This document shows positions 29,253 through 39,168 of a DNA stretch of 64,000 nucleotides, in pieces (the stretch's first letter is position 1; every line of letters begins with the position of its first letter). Source of the DNA: an uncultured Candidatus Rokubacteria bacterium (GTDB lineage: Bacteria > Methylomirabilota > Methylomirabilia > Rokubacteriales > CSP1-6); NCBI GenBank assembly GCA_963734175.1, contig CAVTGC010000006.1, positions 423,682-487,681 on the forward strand. Reading direction: 5' to 3'. Made by a program: the position numbers and the translations under genes. Under the pieces are notes generated by a model that saw only the letters and a program-made list of their open reading frames with translations, did no database searches and was not told where the DNA came from.

Positions 29253-29597
29253 TCAGCGGCACATGAAGCCGCTCCCAGGCACTCCGCTGCAGAAGCACGG
29301 TGCGCCCTCCTGTTGCTGCCCCGTCACGATCTGGCACCACTTCCGGCCGGCCATGTCACAGCAATACAGCCGGCCTCCGCCGCCGCCTCCTGCTCCGCCG
29401 CCGTCCGGCTTCGGCGGTGGCGTACCTCCGGGAGTCCGGAGCACGCACTCGCCTCGCCGACACCGCTCGCCTGCATCGCAGTCGGAGTTGCGATCACAGC
29501 TGTCTCCCGGTTCGGCGTGAGCACGAGAAATGACCGCGAGCGGCGCCGTTATCCCAAAAACCAATAGCACAAGCAGCATCGTTCCCAAAACCCGCAT
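29253..29597 (-). CDS. Small secreted Cys-rich two-domain protein
   Basis: Signal peptide; CxxxxxCxxxxxCxxxxC domain, Pro/Gly linker, CC..C..CxC..C domain. Confidence 0.75.
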   Translation of the reverse strand: MRVLGTMLLVLLVFGITAPLAVISRAHAEPGDSCDRNSDCDAGERCRRGECVLRTPGGTPPPKPDGGGAGGGGGGRLYCCDMAGRKWCQIVTGQQQEGAPCFCSGVPGSGFMCR

Positions 29598-29778
29598 GGC
29601 GTGTCCTCTTATCTCGAACGATCCGATTTGGGATCGACAACCACCCATACGTGCCGCAAACACACGCGGGATCTTAGAGACCCACCGGGCCTGTGTCAAT
29701 GCGTTTATATCTCATTGACGCGGATCGCGCGGCCGTGCGGGAAAATGGCGTGGGCACGACGTGTCGCCAACCCGCGCG

Positions 29779-30264
29779 TCACCGCGAAGGCGGCGCGGAA
29801 ACCATGCGACCCTCGATCATCCGGGTGAATACGAGCCCCAGGCACATGTAGCCCGCAATGATCCCACCATACTGTAGTCGCAGTCCTAGCAGCACGCCGC
29901 CCTCGAGCACGTTGATGGAGGGGAGCTGGGCCTGACTCAGCATCGTCAGGATCCGCATGTAGCAGACGTATCCCCCTGTATAGGCGACCGCGCCGCACAG
30001 AAAGACCGCGAGGATGAGCAGCGAGTCGGCTTTGCCCCACCCGGCGCTCCACGTGTGGCCCTTCACCGTCAGGGCAGCCGCCGCGGTGACCATTGCCGTG
30101 TTTAAGGCGACGAGAAGCTTAATCGCGCTGTCCATCACATCCAGCAGCGATTTCCCCGGATCCTTCACCTGGGGGCCGGGCGCGAAGGCGTCAGGGGCCC
30201 TGAGACACAGTGACACCCCCACTAGCAGGATGACGGCCGCGAGATAGAGATGCCAGAGCCTCAT
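29779..30264 (-). CDS. Hypothetical membrane protein (about 4 TM)
   Basis: ATGA-coupled to the upstream gene; hydrophobic segments. Confidence 0.7.
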   Translation of the reverse strand: MRLWHLYLAAVILLVGVSLCLRAPDAFAPGPQVKDPGKSLLDVMDSAIKLLVALNTAMVTAAAALTVKGHTWSAGWGKADSLLILAVFLCGAVAYTGGYVCYMRILTMLSQAQLPSINVLEGGVLLGLRLQYGGIIAGYMCLGLVFTRMIEGRMVSAPPSR

Positions 30265-30845
30265 GTCGCCTGGCACACGAAGCCGGCTGCGCCGATCGCC
30301 CTGACCGTCACGCTGCCTTGGCAGACCACGGTGGGTCCCACCAAACCGCTCACCGTGATGATCCCAACCTTGGCCAGTATCGTGAGATACGGCTCCATCT
30401 CGCTGTTCCCGACCCGGAGGCGATCCACCTTCCGCCTGTACTCTATGTTGACAACTCCCAGCGGTTGCGGTTCTACCAGTTCTGGTCCGGCGCCGAGGCC
30501 AAATTCGTCGAAGATGGCGGCGGACATTGAACGCACCGAGCCCCGATTCAACCTCACGGCGTTGAGGTACGCCGACACCACTCTCTCCGAGACTTCGTCG
30601 ATCTCCGCTGGCGGCAGGCCCAACTGGTTGGCCGCAGCTCGGCCTCCGGTGCAAAACCGCATCAATACCTCTGCCCTGGCCTCGGCCGTGAGGTGCACGC
30701 CGTGGCGATTCTCCCACGACGCCGTAGCCTGGACCGCTCGCGGATACGCGGCCGGGTCACACGGCCTGGATTGAGCCATGCTGGACTCGCTGATCCAAAG
30801 CAGGCCGCCCGCGGCGGCGGCGGCAAGGATGTCTCGGCACCTCAT
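30261..30845 (-). CDS. Hypothetical exported protein
   Basis: Signal-like N-terminus; helical then beta-rich domain with Cys pairs. Confidence 0.7.
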   Translation of the reverse strand: MRCRDILAAAAAGGLLWISESSMAQSRPCDPAAYPRAVQATASWENRHGVHLTAEARAEVLMRFCTGGRAAANQLGLPPAEIDEVSERVVSAYLNAVRLNRGSVRSMSAAIFDEFGLGAGPELVEPQPLGVVNIEYRRKVDRLRVGNSEMEPYLTILAKVGIITVSGLVGPTVVCQGSVTVRAIGAAGFVCQAT

Positions 30846-30858
30846 GGCCGCCCCGGCC

Positions 30859-31557
30859 TCACCGGTCCTCCCACCGCGCGAGCGCTTTCACGAAAGCTCG
30901 CTGAAGCTCCGCCTTGACGTCACCGAGATACCTCTCGTTGCGGGAACGGGCCTGTCCGCACTGACCGGCGCCGATGAGCGCGACGATGATGCTGCCATAG
31001 TCGGACTGCACCTGATCCTCTGGATTGTATCCCGTCACGAACGCGGCCACGGCGCCATCGTTGCAGGGCCGCGAGTCCTCGTTGACGAGAAAGAACAGAT
31101 CTTCGGAAAGACGTTGGGCTGCGAGGTCCCGCTCGCCAAAAGGTTGCGCCTTGACCATGAGATCTCGCATGCGCTCTCGGGTCAGCCCGGCCTCCTGCCG
31201 CAGCGTCCGGTCAGAGACCGTCTGAAAGTCCCGGTCCCTCAGCGCGCGGACCAACACCAGTTGCCAGCGGCGGAGCGTCTTCTTCTTATCGTTCAATGTG
31301 GCGTTGCCGTGATCGGTTCTCGTCATCTTGAAGGAGATCATGTCGACGAGAACTGCCGCACGATTCCTCGTGAGCTGCGCCTTCAGCTTCTCGAGCAGCT
31401 CGGACACGGGCTCGACGGTCACGTCGAATCTAGCCTGAGCCTTTGCGTCCGGGGCCCCCAGCATGATCGCCGCGGCCAGCGCGCACACGGAACCGCGCCA
31501 CAGCCTCTCCGACCACCGCGCACGCCGGGTCGTGTCGAGGGGCGTGCGCGCGCTCAC
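30859..31557 (-). CDS. Hypothetical exported protein
   Basis: GTGA-coupled start at 31557; signal peptide ending AKA-Q. Confidence 0.7.
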   Translation of the reverse strand: MSARTPLDTTRRARWSERLWRGSVCALAAAIMLGAPDAKAQARFDVTVEPVSELLEKLKAQLTRNRAAVLVDMISFKMTRTDHGNATLNDKKKTLRRWQLVLVRALRDRDFQTVSDRTLRQEAGLTRERMRDLMVKAQPFGERDLAAQRLSEDLFFLVNEDSRPCNDGAVAAFVTGYNPEDQVQSDYGSIIVALIGAGQCGQARSRNERYLGDVKAELQRAFVKALARWEDR

Positions 31558-32168
31558 CTCGGGTGGCTCATGGCGAAGAATTCCAGGGCCGACACGCCCG
31601 ATTGCAGGTCCGGATCCACACTGCCATAACCATGGACGATCAATCCGCTTCCCACGAAAGCACCTCCCATTGGCAGCACATACCCGAAGTCGAAGCGAGC
31701 GATCAGGCTCAGCAACGCCGGGAACAAGGTCCGGGCCGCCCGCGCGGCGTCGCCATTGCCGGTCGAGCATTTCGACGCACGCTCGAGGTACTGAATCTCT
31801 CGGTTCCTGAATACGGTTTCGTACTGTTGTCGAAACCGCTGGCTGACCGTCGCCTCAGCCTCGCGAAAGCAAATGACTTGGCGCTGGTCTGGTGGCAGGT
31901 CAGCGACCAGGCAGGAAAACTCCGCCAGGGCCGTCGAGGGCGCCCGCGCGATGAAGCAGACCTTGACGTCCGGGTTGTCCCTCACACGCCGCGCGATCGA
32001 GCGCTCGAGCACCCCCGCGGGCGCCCGGCACTGACGGGGAAACGCGCGAAGGTATTCCCGCACTTGCGCCAAGCTGTCGCAGGCTGATAGCTGGTCGAGC
32101 CGGACATCCGCACCGGCGACAACCACGCTGGCCAAGAGCGCCGTCAGCGACAGCGCGAATCCCTTCAC
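31554..32168 (-). CDS. Hypothetical exported Cys-containing protein
   Basis: GTGA-coupled start with GGAG RBS; signal peptide; 6 Cys. Confidence 0.75.
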   Translation of the reverse strand: MKGFALSLTALLASVVVAGADVRLDQLSACDSLAQVREYLRAFPRQCRAPAGVLERSIARRVRDNPDVKVCFIARAPSTALAEFSCLVADLPPDQRQVICFREAEATVSQRFRQQYETVFRNREIQYLERASKCSTGNGDAARAARTLFPALLSLIARFDFGYVLPMGGAFVGSGLIVHGYGSVDPDLQSGVSALEFFAMSHPR

Positions 32169-32881
32169 CTCCGTGGACTCGGTGGCGCGTTCAGCGACTT
32201 GATCATTCCGTAGATGTCACGCTGGAACAGGTCTCGTACGAGGCGAATCTCGCGAGGAGGTTCCTTAAGATGGAAGCCCATCCGAAAGGCACTCTGACGT
32301 TCTACGGGGTCGCCATGCCAATCGAAGATCGTAGATTCGTACGAGCCCAGGACGGATGGGTTGCGGGCAAATCGTGTACGCTCCTCGGGAGATGCGAGGC
32401 GGGCGAGGAACAAACCGGCAACGAAATCGGCCTCGAGCTCGACCCGATCGGATGACCTCAGCGCGGCCCGCAACGCGCCGACGGTTCCGAATTCCTTGAG
32501 TTGATCCACATGCGCCAGCTCGTGCGCGATCGGACCAAGGTAACCGTCTCGCTGGGCGTCGCTCCGTAGCGGGTAGATGACGACATATCGTCCCGATGGA
32601 ATTCGGGAGACCTTGAATCGCGCATTCTCGCACCCGCGCATCGAGAGCTCTATCAAGGGTAGGCCCATCAGCTCCACGATGCCTTTGACCACCGAAGTCG
32701 TCATCAGACCCAACGGGTCGTTCTGACAATTAGTCGGTTCGAACGTTCCCGATGGCGCGTCGGAGAACAAGCAATCATCCCGCTCGTCAGAATGCGCGTG
32801 ACACACGAGACACAGGACGAGGGCGATCGCTATCGCAACGACCGGTCGGAGTAGGACAAAGCGTTCATTGAACTCCATCAT
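32165..32881 (-). CDS. Secreted zincin-like metallopeptidase
   Basis: Signal peptide; AHELAH ... ELEADFVAG ... HG..ER..AF..G. Confidence 0.8.
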   Translation of the reverse strand: MMEFNERFVLLRPVVAIAIALVLCLVCHAHSDERDDCLFSDAPSGTFEPTNCQNDPLGLMTTSVVKGIVELMGLPLIELSMRGCENARFKVSRIPSGRYVVIYPLRSDAQRDGYLGPIAHELAHVDQLKEFGTVGALRAALRSSDRVELEADFVAGLFLARLASPEERTRFARNPSVLGSYESTIFDWHGDPVERQSAFRMGFHLKEPPREIRLVRDLFQRDIYGMIKSLNAPPSPRR

Positions 32882-33471
32882 AGTTCCCGCCCGGCGACAG
32901 CCGTCGCGGTCCGAATATCCATATCCTGACGACCCATTCTTCTCCTCCCTCCGCAGCGGTAGCCAACGCGGTACCCAAGTACGGGAACAGTAGTTACGTC
33001 GGGATGTTGTGTCAAGAGCTTTAGGCTGTCCTATTGGAAAATACTGAATGGCCAGGCCTGAGCGGACCGTGGACTGACCGCTCTTGTGCTCTCGCGGTAG
33101 TGTCCGTGAAACGAATCGGACCCCGGGGTGCCGATGACGTATCCACGCGGCGTTGTGAAGCCTGCCATAACGCCAGGCGATCTCTATCTTGCGCCCCGAC
33201 TGCCCGCGGGTGCACTGACCGCCGTGCCGCGCCAAGAGAGGCGGAACGGTGTGCTGATTTTCTGGTGAGTGTGACGAGACGTGGAATCGCTGCGATTCCA
33301 TTTCACGCTCACTCTCATAGACTAAGTTTCGACTGCTTCTTGTGATAAGGCGCGGAAGGCAAGCCCGGTTCCTACGCGGCCGCCAGTCACAACAGCGGAC
33401 CCCGGTTATCGCGTCTGCGGCTGGCCTGGCAAAACCATGTTCGGCCTTGAGCGGCGGAGACCTCTGCCGGT

Positions 33472-33521
33472 GTGGCCCACGGGCCTTCTACAGGGACCCG
33501 GGCGCAACCTTGAGAGGGCCG
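33472..33521 (-). repeat. Decayed copy of the tRNA-Glu 3' half with an exact 14-bp anticodon-arm core (probable att)
   Basis: ccttgagagggccg (33508-33521) equals 52379-52392; gtggccc..acggg..ttc..acccg upstream aligns with gaps. Confidence 0.65.
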
Positions 33522-33678
33522 GCCCCTCCCCCGTAATGACGCGGACTTACGTGGCGGCTGCCACGGCCCGCTGCCACTCCCGGCCTCCAGGGGTAGCCCG
33601 CTGTGTACCAGCGATTCGACCCTGAAAAGATGGCGACGTTACGTTTACTCGACGCAGACTTGAAGGAACTATTGCCCG

Positions 33679-34380
33679 TTAGGTATTGCCACCGTGCGGG
33701 TCGTCGCGTTCAGGCGTGTTCGGGATCTCGCTGAGAAATTTCTGGACCCCTCGCTCCTCGATCGTTCGCTCAAGCTCCATGATGGCGATAAAGGCGTCAC
33801 CTGCGGCGATGAACCACGGGAATGATTCCCCCTGTCTCTTTCTCGACAGCTTATTAAGAAGGTTACCCATCTGGATCAGATCCTTCGCGAGCTTCTCGTC
33901 CTGCTGCTTCCAACTATCTTCAGGCGCATCGCTCAGCGCAGCGGCTAAGCTCCCCATCTCCTTTAGCAGCACAAGTACGTCTGTTGCACCGAAGCCGGCC
34001 ACGTATGGAACACACTCTCTGAGTTCCATGACCCGCTTCCCCCATGCCTCCCTCAGGATCTTCGCCTGATTCGTAGTAGGCGGATCTCGGTGGATCCATA
34101 CCTCCTTGCTTAGCCTGACCACCTGCGAGATGTTGAGCACCTCTATCGCCAGGATGCTCGCCATCCCGGACTCCGTCGTCTGCTTCCGTTCGCGTTCCAA
34201 AGCGCGCTTCAAGAGAACGTCGACAATAGCAACGGTGACCGCAACACCCCAGATTTCGGCAACGAAGTTCATGGCTGAGTCGGAAACCTTCCAGTACTTC
34301 AGTTCTTCGCCGAGTAAGACTGCCACTCCCCCTAGCACAACGAGGGCTCCTACCACTCGGACGAGACGCTCGCTAAACAC
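33679..34380 (-). CDS. Hypothetical protein with two N-terminal TM helices
   Basis: 233-aa ORF, lower GC, overlaps the integrase stop. Confidence 0.75.
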   Translation of the reverse strand: MFSERLVRVVGALVVLGGVAVLLGEELKYWKVSDSAMNFVAEIWGVAVTVAIVDVLLKRALERERKQTTESGMASILAIEVLNISQVVRLSKEVWIHRDPPTTNQAKILREAWGKRVMELRECVPYVAGFGATDVLVLLKEMGSLAAALSDAPEDSWKQQDEKLAKDLIQMGNLLNKLSRKRQGESFPWFIAAGDAFIAIMELERTIEERGVQKFLSEIPNTPERDDPHGGNT

Positions 34381-35518
34381 GGTCAGGGGCCAGCGTGAGT
34401 CGCCGTTCTACCTCTCTAGCAGCGACTGGCTGCTGTCTTACTCCCACGCTCGGTCCTTCGCCGCCACTGACGGCTTCCGCCGCCGCTCGGAGCGTCTGAT
34501 CGGTCACCGCCGCGTACCGGCGCATCATCCGCTCTGTCTTCCACCCGCCGAGCGCCATGACGATCGGCGCCGTGAAGCCCTTGTTGAGCGCCATCGTAGC
34601 CCCGTGGTGGCGGAGATCGTGGAAGTGGAAGTCCGGAGCCCCGCCTGGCGCGCCGCCTTCCGGAAGACCCGGGAGACGTGCACGCGGCTGTAGGGCGCGC
34701 CGTCAGGATTCGGGAAACACCCACTCGCTGTCCAAATGCTGCTCGAGCTGGCGGGCCAACAGCTTCTGCGCCTCGGCGCTGAGGATCACCGGCCTGGCAC
34801 CCGCCTTGGCCCGCGGCAGCATCACCACTCCCTGCTCGAGGTGGACATGCTCACGGCGGAGAGTCCGCAGCTCGCCCTGCCGCATGAGCGTCAGCGCCGC
34901 GAGCTTGGCCAGCTCCCGAAACGGTGACCGCAGCGGCTCCAGCACGAGTATCTCCTCCTCGGGCCGGAGCCACCTGACCCGCGTCTCGTCCTCTGGGTAG
35001 AACGCGGCGCCTGGAAAGCGGAAGTCCGGGCGAGCCAGCTTCAGCATCGCGCGCAGCGTGCGCAAATCGCGATTGATGCTGCTGGGCTTGGCTGGGACGT
35101 ACCGCTCGACGCGCTGGCCAGCGACCAGTTCGCTCACCGCCTTGCCCTCACGGGCGAGCGCCTGGCGGAAGTCGTAGACGTCACGATCGCGCACGCGGCT
35201 GACCGGCGTGGTGAGCAGCGCCGGCAGGAGCCGCTCCATGGCTTTCGCGGTGCTCGCGACACGGCCGATCGTGTCCGCGCCCTTCCCGCGAGCCTCCAAA
35301 TCGGCCACATAGAACTCGAATAGCGCCTTCACAGTCACAGGCCGCAGTCCCTCCTGCTCCGCCTGCCCGGCCTGGGCCTTCAGATCGCGGAGCAGCTCGC
35401 CCTCGGCGTCGCGCGCCGCCTCCTTCGACGGCCGGAACGCGGCCTTGCGAAGCCCGCGGTAGGCGACGCGCGCCTGCCAGACCCAGGTGCCGTGGTTCTT
35501 GATGCGACGTACGGTCAT
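34373..35518 (-). CDS. Tyrosine recombinase/integrase; apparent frameshifts at 34650-34710
   Basis: TLMRQGEL (R), FHFHDLRHH (HxxR), LGGWK..MMRRY (Y); GGAGG RBS. Confidence 0.92.
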
Positions 35519-35535
35519 CTCTGACCTCCCTGTCG

Positions 35536-35820
35536 CTAGCGGTGTGTAAACTTAAGCCCCTCCGTCGTGACCAAAAGCCTCTGGTGACCACCGTCTTCAC
35601 GCAGCGCCTTCGCTACATTCCATACGCTCAATTTCCGGCGGACTTCCGCCGAACTGAAGTCCTCCAGAAATTCGAAAGAAGCTGTCAGCAAGAGAATCGC
35701 GGTGCCGTGCTGAACGCTGAAGCTATGAGCGGACCGATCATGCTCCCGGCTGTCCCCCACTTCCTGGTCAGGAAACTCTCGCCTGAGGTATGTGCGGACG
35801 GCTTCGATGTTCTCTCTCAC
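35536..35820 (-). CDS. Hypothetical protein
   Basis: 94-aa co-oriented ORF with an upstream AGGAG. Confidence 0.6.
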   Translation of the reverse strand: MRENIEAVRTYLRREFPDQEVGDSREHDRSAHSFSVQHGTAILLLTASFEFLEDFSSAEVRRKLSVWNVAKALREDGGHQRLLVTTEGLKFTHR

Positions 35821-35854
35821 CGCATCTCTCCTCCGTTCAAAGAGGCCCCTGCAA

Positions 35855-36844
35855 TCATGCGCTGACCTTTCGGATCACGAACAGCACGGCGTCTCGGAGG
35901 CGTGACAGCACACCGATGACCCGTATGAGCAGCCATGGGCCTGCTGTGTCAGCGACGAGAAAGGCAAAGATCAGAGCTGCTGTCGTGAGAGCCGTGTTGT
36001 CGTACACCACCCGAAGCAAGCCATCGTGGGGCGCTGCTCGATACAGCAGAAGGCAGCCCCCAACGACGACTGTCAGGTTGGTGAGAAAGCTCTTCCGGGA
36101 TGTCTGAAAGCCGAAAAAGTTCGAGCGCTCGCCTGGGTTCTCGGTGACTCGGCGAAAATCATCCGGTTTGTATTTGTAAAAGAACGACGGTCGGCGCTCC
36201 TTCTTGTCCGCCACGATCTCTACGTCGTAGAAGGTCAAGAGAACCCACATTGCGCTGTCCTGGCCCTTCCACACGGTCTGACGAATCGCCCACCTGGCAG
36301 CCGAGCCGCAGTTCCACCGGATTCTGAAAGCGACTCTAAGTGTCCGGCAATGTCGCGTGTACATCTGTTCGAGAATTTGCGCGGCTGTCACCACCTTGCC
36401 ATCACCGTCGAGGAACACATCTTCGCGATGGTCGTAGATGTAGCCCTCAGCATCGCTACTATCGAGATCGACTGGCTTGCGTGTCCGAGCTAGGAGCGCT
36501 GCGGACTGAGTAGTCGGCGCATCCGGGTCGCCTGATGAGATTTCGTACGGGTCGCCATGTGAAGCAAATACCCGGTTAGGTCGCCAGCGCCGAGCAAGCC
36601 AGACTCGCAGCTGCAGTCGAGAGACAGTACTACCCTCCCGCGCCGCCGCTACAACGAACGACAAGTAGCAGCGGACGGCAGGTCGACCATCCTTCGTAAC
36701 GACTTTGGCGAGTTCTGTCGAAGCTGGATAGCACCGGTAGGCATAGAACCCTGCGCTGTCGCTCATCGGGCCCAGATCCTCGTACTCGGGCATTCTGGCA
36801 ACTTCCGCGCGGCGGATAACGTCGGATGGCGTCAGAAGTGCCAT
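35855..36844 (-). CDS. Hypothetical protein with two C-terminal TM helices
   Basis: 329-aa ORF, lower GC. Confidence 0.75.
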   Translation of the reverse strand: MALLTPSDVIRRAEVARMPEYEDLGPMSDSAGFYAYRCYPASTELAKVVTKDGRPAVRCYLSFVVAAAREGSTVSRLQLRVWLARRWRPNRVFASHGDPYEISSGDPDAPTTQSAALLARTRKPVDLDSSDAEGYIYDHREDVFLDGDGKVVTAAQILEQMYTRHCRTLRVAFRIRWNCGSAARWAIRQTVWKGQDSAMWVLLTFYDVEIVADKKERRPSFFYKYKPDDFRRVTENPGERSNFFGFQTSRKSFLTNLTVVVGGCLLLYRAAPHDGLLRVVYDNTALTTAALIFAFLVADTAGPWLLIRVIGVLSRLRDAVLFVIRKVSA

Positions 36845-36869
36845 TGGACCTTGCGCCTCACGCGAATGG

Positions 36870-36986
36870 TCACGGCACGATCCACCAGAACGCCGCCAGC
36901 CCGCCGGCCAGGGCGAGCAGGATGGCGAAAAGCCGCCATGCGCTGGGTCGTCGATCGGCTATCGCGGGTGAGCGGCGGGGCATCAT
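36870..36986 (-). CDS. Small single-TM protein (38 aa)
   Basis: ATGA-coupled; MMPRRSPAIADRRPSAWRLFAILLALAGGLAAFWWIVP. Confidence 0.45.
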   Translation of the reverse strand: MMPRRSPAIADRRPSAWRLFAILLALAGGLAAFWWIVP

Positions 36987-37420
36987 GGCGAGAGCCGCGT
37001 GGTCTTCGCCATGAGGGCCTGGCCAACCTCCGCGCTGACCGCCTCAAGGCGGAGGCCCGTCGTGGTGGGAGCAGAGTGGATGCGGTAGTAAAGGCGTTGC
37101 TGTGCCACCGTCTGCACCAGCGATGTCCCGCCGTTCCAGCCACCAGCGGCAATGCCGAGCAGGTGCTGGCCCGGCGCCACCGGGATGATCACATGCTGGT
37201 CGTTGCCGAGGCTGAAGACCGGCGTGCCATCAAGAGAGACGTAGAAGCTCAGGGCAGCGCCGACGAACCTTGCCTCCCGGATCACGACGATCTCCGCCGC
37301 TGCCGCCGAATCGGCCAGCGGCGGCAACGCGCCGACTCGGCCATGCGCGGCGCATCCGACCAGGAGCAGCGCACAGACCAGCGACGGCGCACGACGCTTG
37401 CGGGCTGTGGCAGCGATCAT
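36983..37420 (-). CDS. Lipoprotein (DUF2846-like beta fold)
   Basis: Lipobox LLVGC; IVVIRE..G..VSLDG..PG.H. Confidence 0.7.
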   Translation of the reverse strand: MIAATARKRRAPSLVCALLLVGCAAHGRVGALPPLADSAAAAEIVVIREARFVGAALSFYVSLDGTPVFSLGNDQHVIIPVAPGQHLLGIAAGGWNGGTSLVQTVAQQRLYYRIHSAPTTTGLRLEAVSAEVGQALMAKTTRLSP

Positions 37421-37425
37421 TCCAG

Positions 37426-37710
37426 TCACCAAATATGACCGGCGTGCAGACGCCAAGCGGCCCTTTTGCAGGCGGGACAGTACGCCACCAGCCGAACTTT
37501 TGAAGCGCCCGGGCGCCGATCCTGGCGAGCCATATTTTCAAGTCGCACGATCAGTTTGATAGCGCCACAACGAGGACAGGCAGCCGTAGACGTATTGTCA
37601 TCAGGTTCCCAGGCCCATGCCTTGCGCCCTGGCGCTCCGCCAGGTGTGAGATCGTGGAGAGCCGTCAAGCGACTCCAGCGCGTCGCCGGTGCTACCTTCT
37701 GCTTGCCCAT
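37426..37710 (-). CDS. Small zinc-ribbon protein
   Basis: CPRC and CPAC pairs; GGAG RBS. Confidence 0.55.
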   Translation of the reverse strand: MGKQKVAPATRWSRLTALHDLTPGGAPGRKAWAWEPDDNTSTAACPRCGAIKLIVRLENMARQDRRPGASKVRLVAYCPACKRAAWRLHAGHIW

Positions 37711-37728
37711 TGGCTCTCTCCTCGTCAA

Positions 37729-38106
37729 TCAGCGTTGGGCTATGAACACAAAGGCGACAAAGAAGACTAGGCCGGTGCCATACAGCGATCCTGCAAGCCC
37801 CTGCATGACTAGCTCAACCGTGGTTGAGGGGGGAAACTCCAAGACTGCGAGGGCCTTCTCGAGGCGTCCGCTAGCTCGCAGTGGGTCCACTCTCCTGATT
37901 AGCACTTCCTTCGCCCCAATGGTGAAGACACAAGCAAAAGTCATCGACACGATCGCCACGTACGCTAGCCATTTGTTGCCTGCGTTGCTGAAGAGAGTGT
38001 GCAATAAGGTAACTTCGCCCCCCAACGTTGCCAATGCGAAGGTCAACACGCTCTTATAGAACTCGAACCGCAACGTTGCTCCCGTGTCCTTAGATACCTC
38101 CGCCAT
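37729..38106 (-). CDS. Hypothetical membrane protein (3 TM)
   Basis: Hydrophobic segments; GAGGA RBS. Confidence 0.65.
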   Translation of the reverse strand: MAEVSKDTGATLRFEFYKSVLTFALATLGGEVTLLHTLFSNAGNKWLAYVAIVSMTFACVFTIGAKEVLIRRVDPLRASGRLEKALAVLEFPPSTTVELVMQGLAGSLYGTGLVFFVAFVFIAQR

Positions 38107-38217
38107 ACCAGGTCCTCTTTTCCTCTGTAGAGGTCTTCCACCCATCCGGAGTGTAGATGCTCGTCAGCCGCCGCGAGGCCTGGGCAGTTAACAAGGCCGG
38201 GGCTCTGGACTCCTCCG

Positions 38218-38874
38218 TCACATCCCCGCGCGCTTTGCGATGCACGCGCGGATGAGCTTGTCGATCTCCTGCTTAGCCACGCTGATCCGTCCATGCTCGC
38301 CGGCGTTAGCGGCCGGGTCGGCGTGTGCCCAATCCCATTGAGTGCGATGCACCTCCCGCGCGACCGCCACACACTCTTGCCGGAGGCGGCTGCCAAGATC
38401 CTCTGAAGATCCAGTGATCGGTATGGCCCTGAACGCACCGACTGCCAAGACAGCCGTACCCACAGCGAATGCCACCAGAGAGGCGATCGCGGCGCTCAGA
38501 TAAAACTTTCGAAAGATCCACCACAGCGTCATCTGACCATTGCCGTGATACCAGCTCGACTCGTAACGGAGCAGGTGGAAGGCCGCTGCACAGAATGCGC
38601 CGACGCCCAGGCTGACTACGGCCCAAACCGTTGATTTCGCCAGCAGCGGATCGCTTTTCCAAATTGCCTGGAGGAACACCAGTAGGGCCGCCGCGCCGCC
38701 ACCATTCACAATCAGCAGCGCGCGCACGAGCTCCGTCGCCGACTTGTCTCGCTGCAGCCCATGTGGCGATCCTGACGGAACGCTCACACGACGTCCTTCC
38801 CCAACACCTTGAGCTGGCGCCGGCGCCAGGCGTAGAGTGCGGCGATCGCTGCGATCATAGAAGTGAGATTCCAA
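38218..38874 (-). CDS. Hypothetical membrane protein (3 TM; start uncertain)
   Basis: LLIVNGGGAAALL motif and TM segments. Confidence 0.65.
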   Translation of the reverse strand: MESHFYDRSDRRTLRLAPAPAQGVGEGRRVSVPSGSPHGLQRDKSATELVRALLIVNGGGAAALLVFLQAIWKSDPLLAKSTVWAVVSLGVGAFCAAAFHLLRYESSWYHGNGQMTLWWIFRKFYLSAAIASLVAFAVGTAVLAVGAFRAIPITGSSEDLGSRLRQECVAVAREVHRTQWDWAHADPAANAGEHGRISVAKQEIDKLIRACIAKRAGM

Positions 38875-38940
38875 CGGACGCTGCAGCGGCCTTTAGGGCC
38901 GCGTAAGCCGGCTGAACATTCGCGAGTGTCTGAACGCTCG

Positions 38941-39168
38941 TCACTCCAGCCGCTCCATCATCGGGTAGCCGAACTTTAGGAGCGTCTTACCGGCGGCCGT
39001 CGGCCCGCGCAGCACTTCATCGACCATCGTCGAGGTCGTGAGTTCCCAGCCGCGCTCCGGGCCCATCCACTGCTCGACGTAGGTCATATCGCCCCCTTCG
39101 ACCAGACGCACCAGGGCGCCGTCGACCACGGCCGGCGGCAGATCTGCAACAGGCCGACGGCCACTCAC
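38941..39168 (-). CDS. Small hypothetical protein
   Basis: GTGA-coupled to the XRE gene. Confidence 0.6.
   Translation of the reverse strand: MSGRRPVADLPPAVVDGALVRLVEGGDMTYVEQWMGPERGWELTTSTMVDEVLRGPTAAGKTLLKFGYPMMERLE

Noticed and set aside
38869-38920. attC-like sequence (ttccaac-ggacg-ctgcagcgg...ccggctgaac)
   Set aside because: It lacks the closing GTTRRRY box, is oriented opposite to the flanking genes and has no second copy. It may be just a hairpin.
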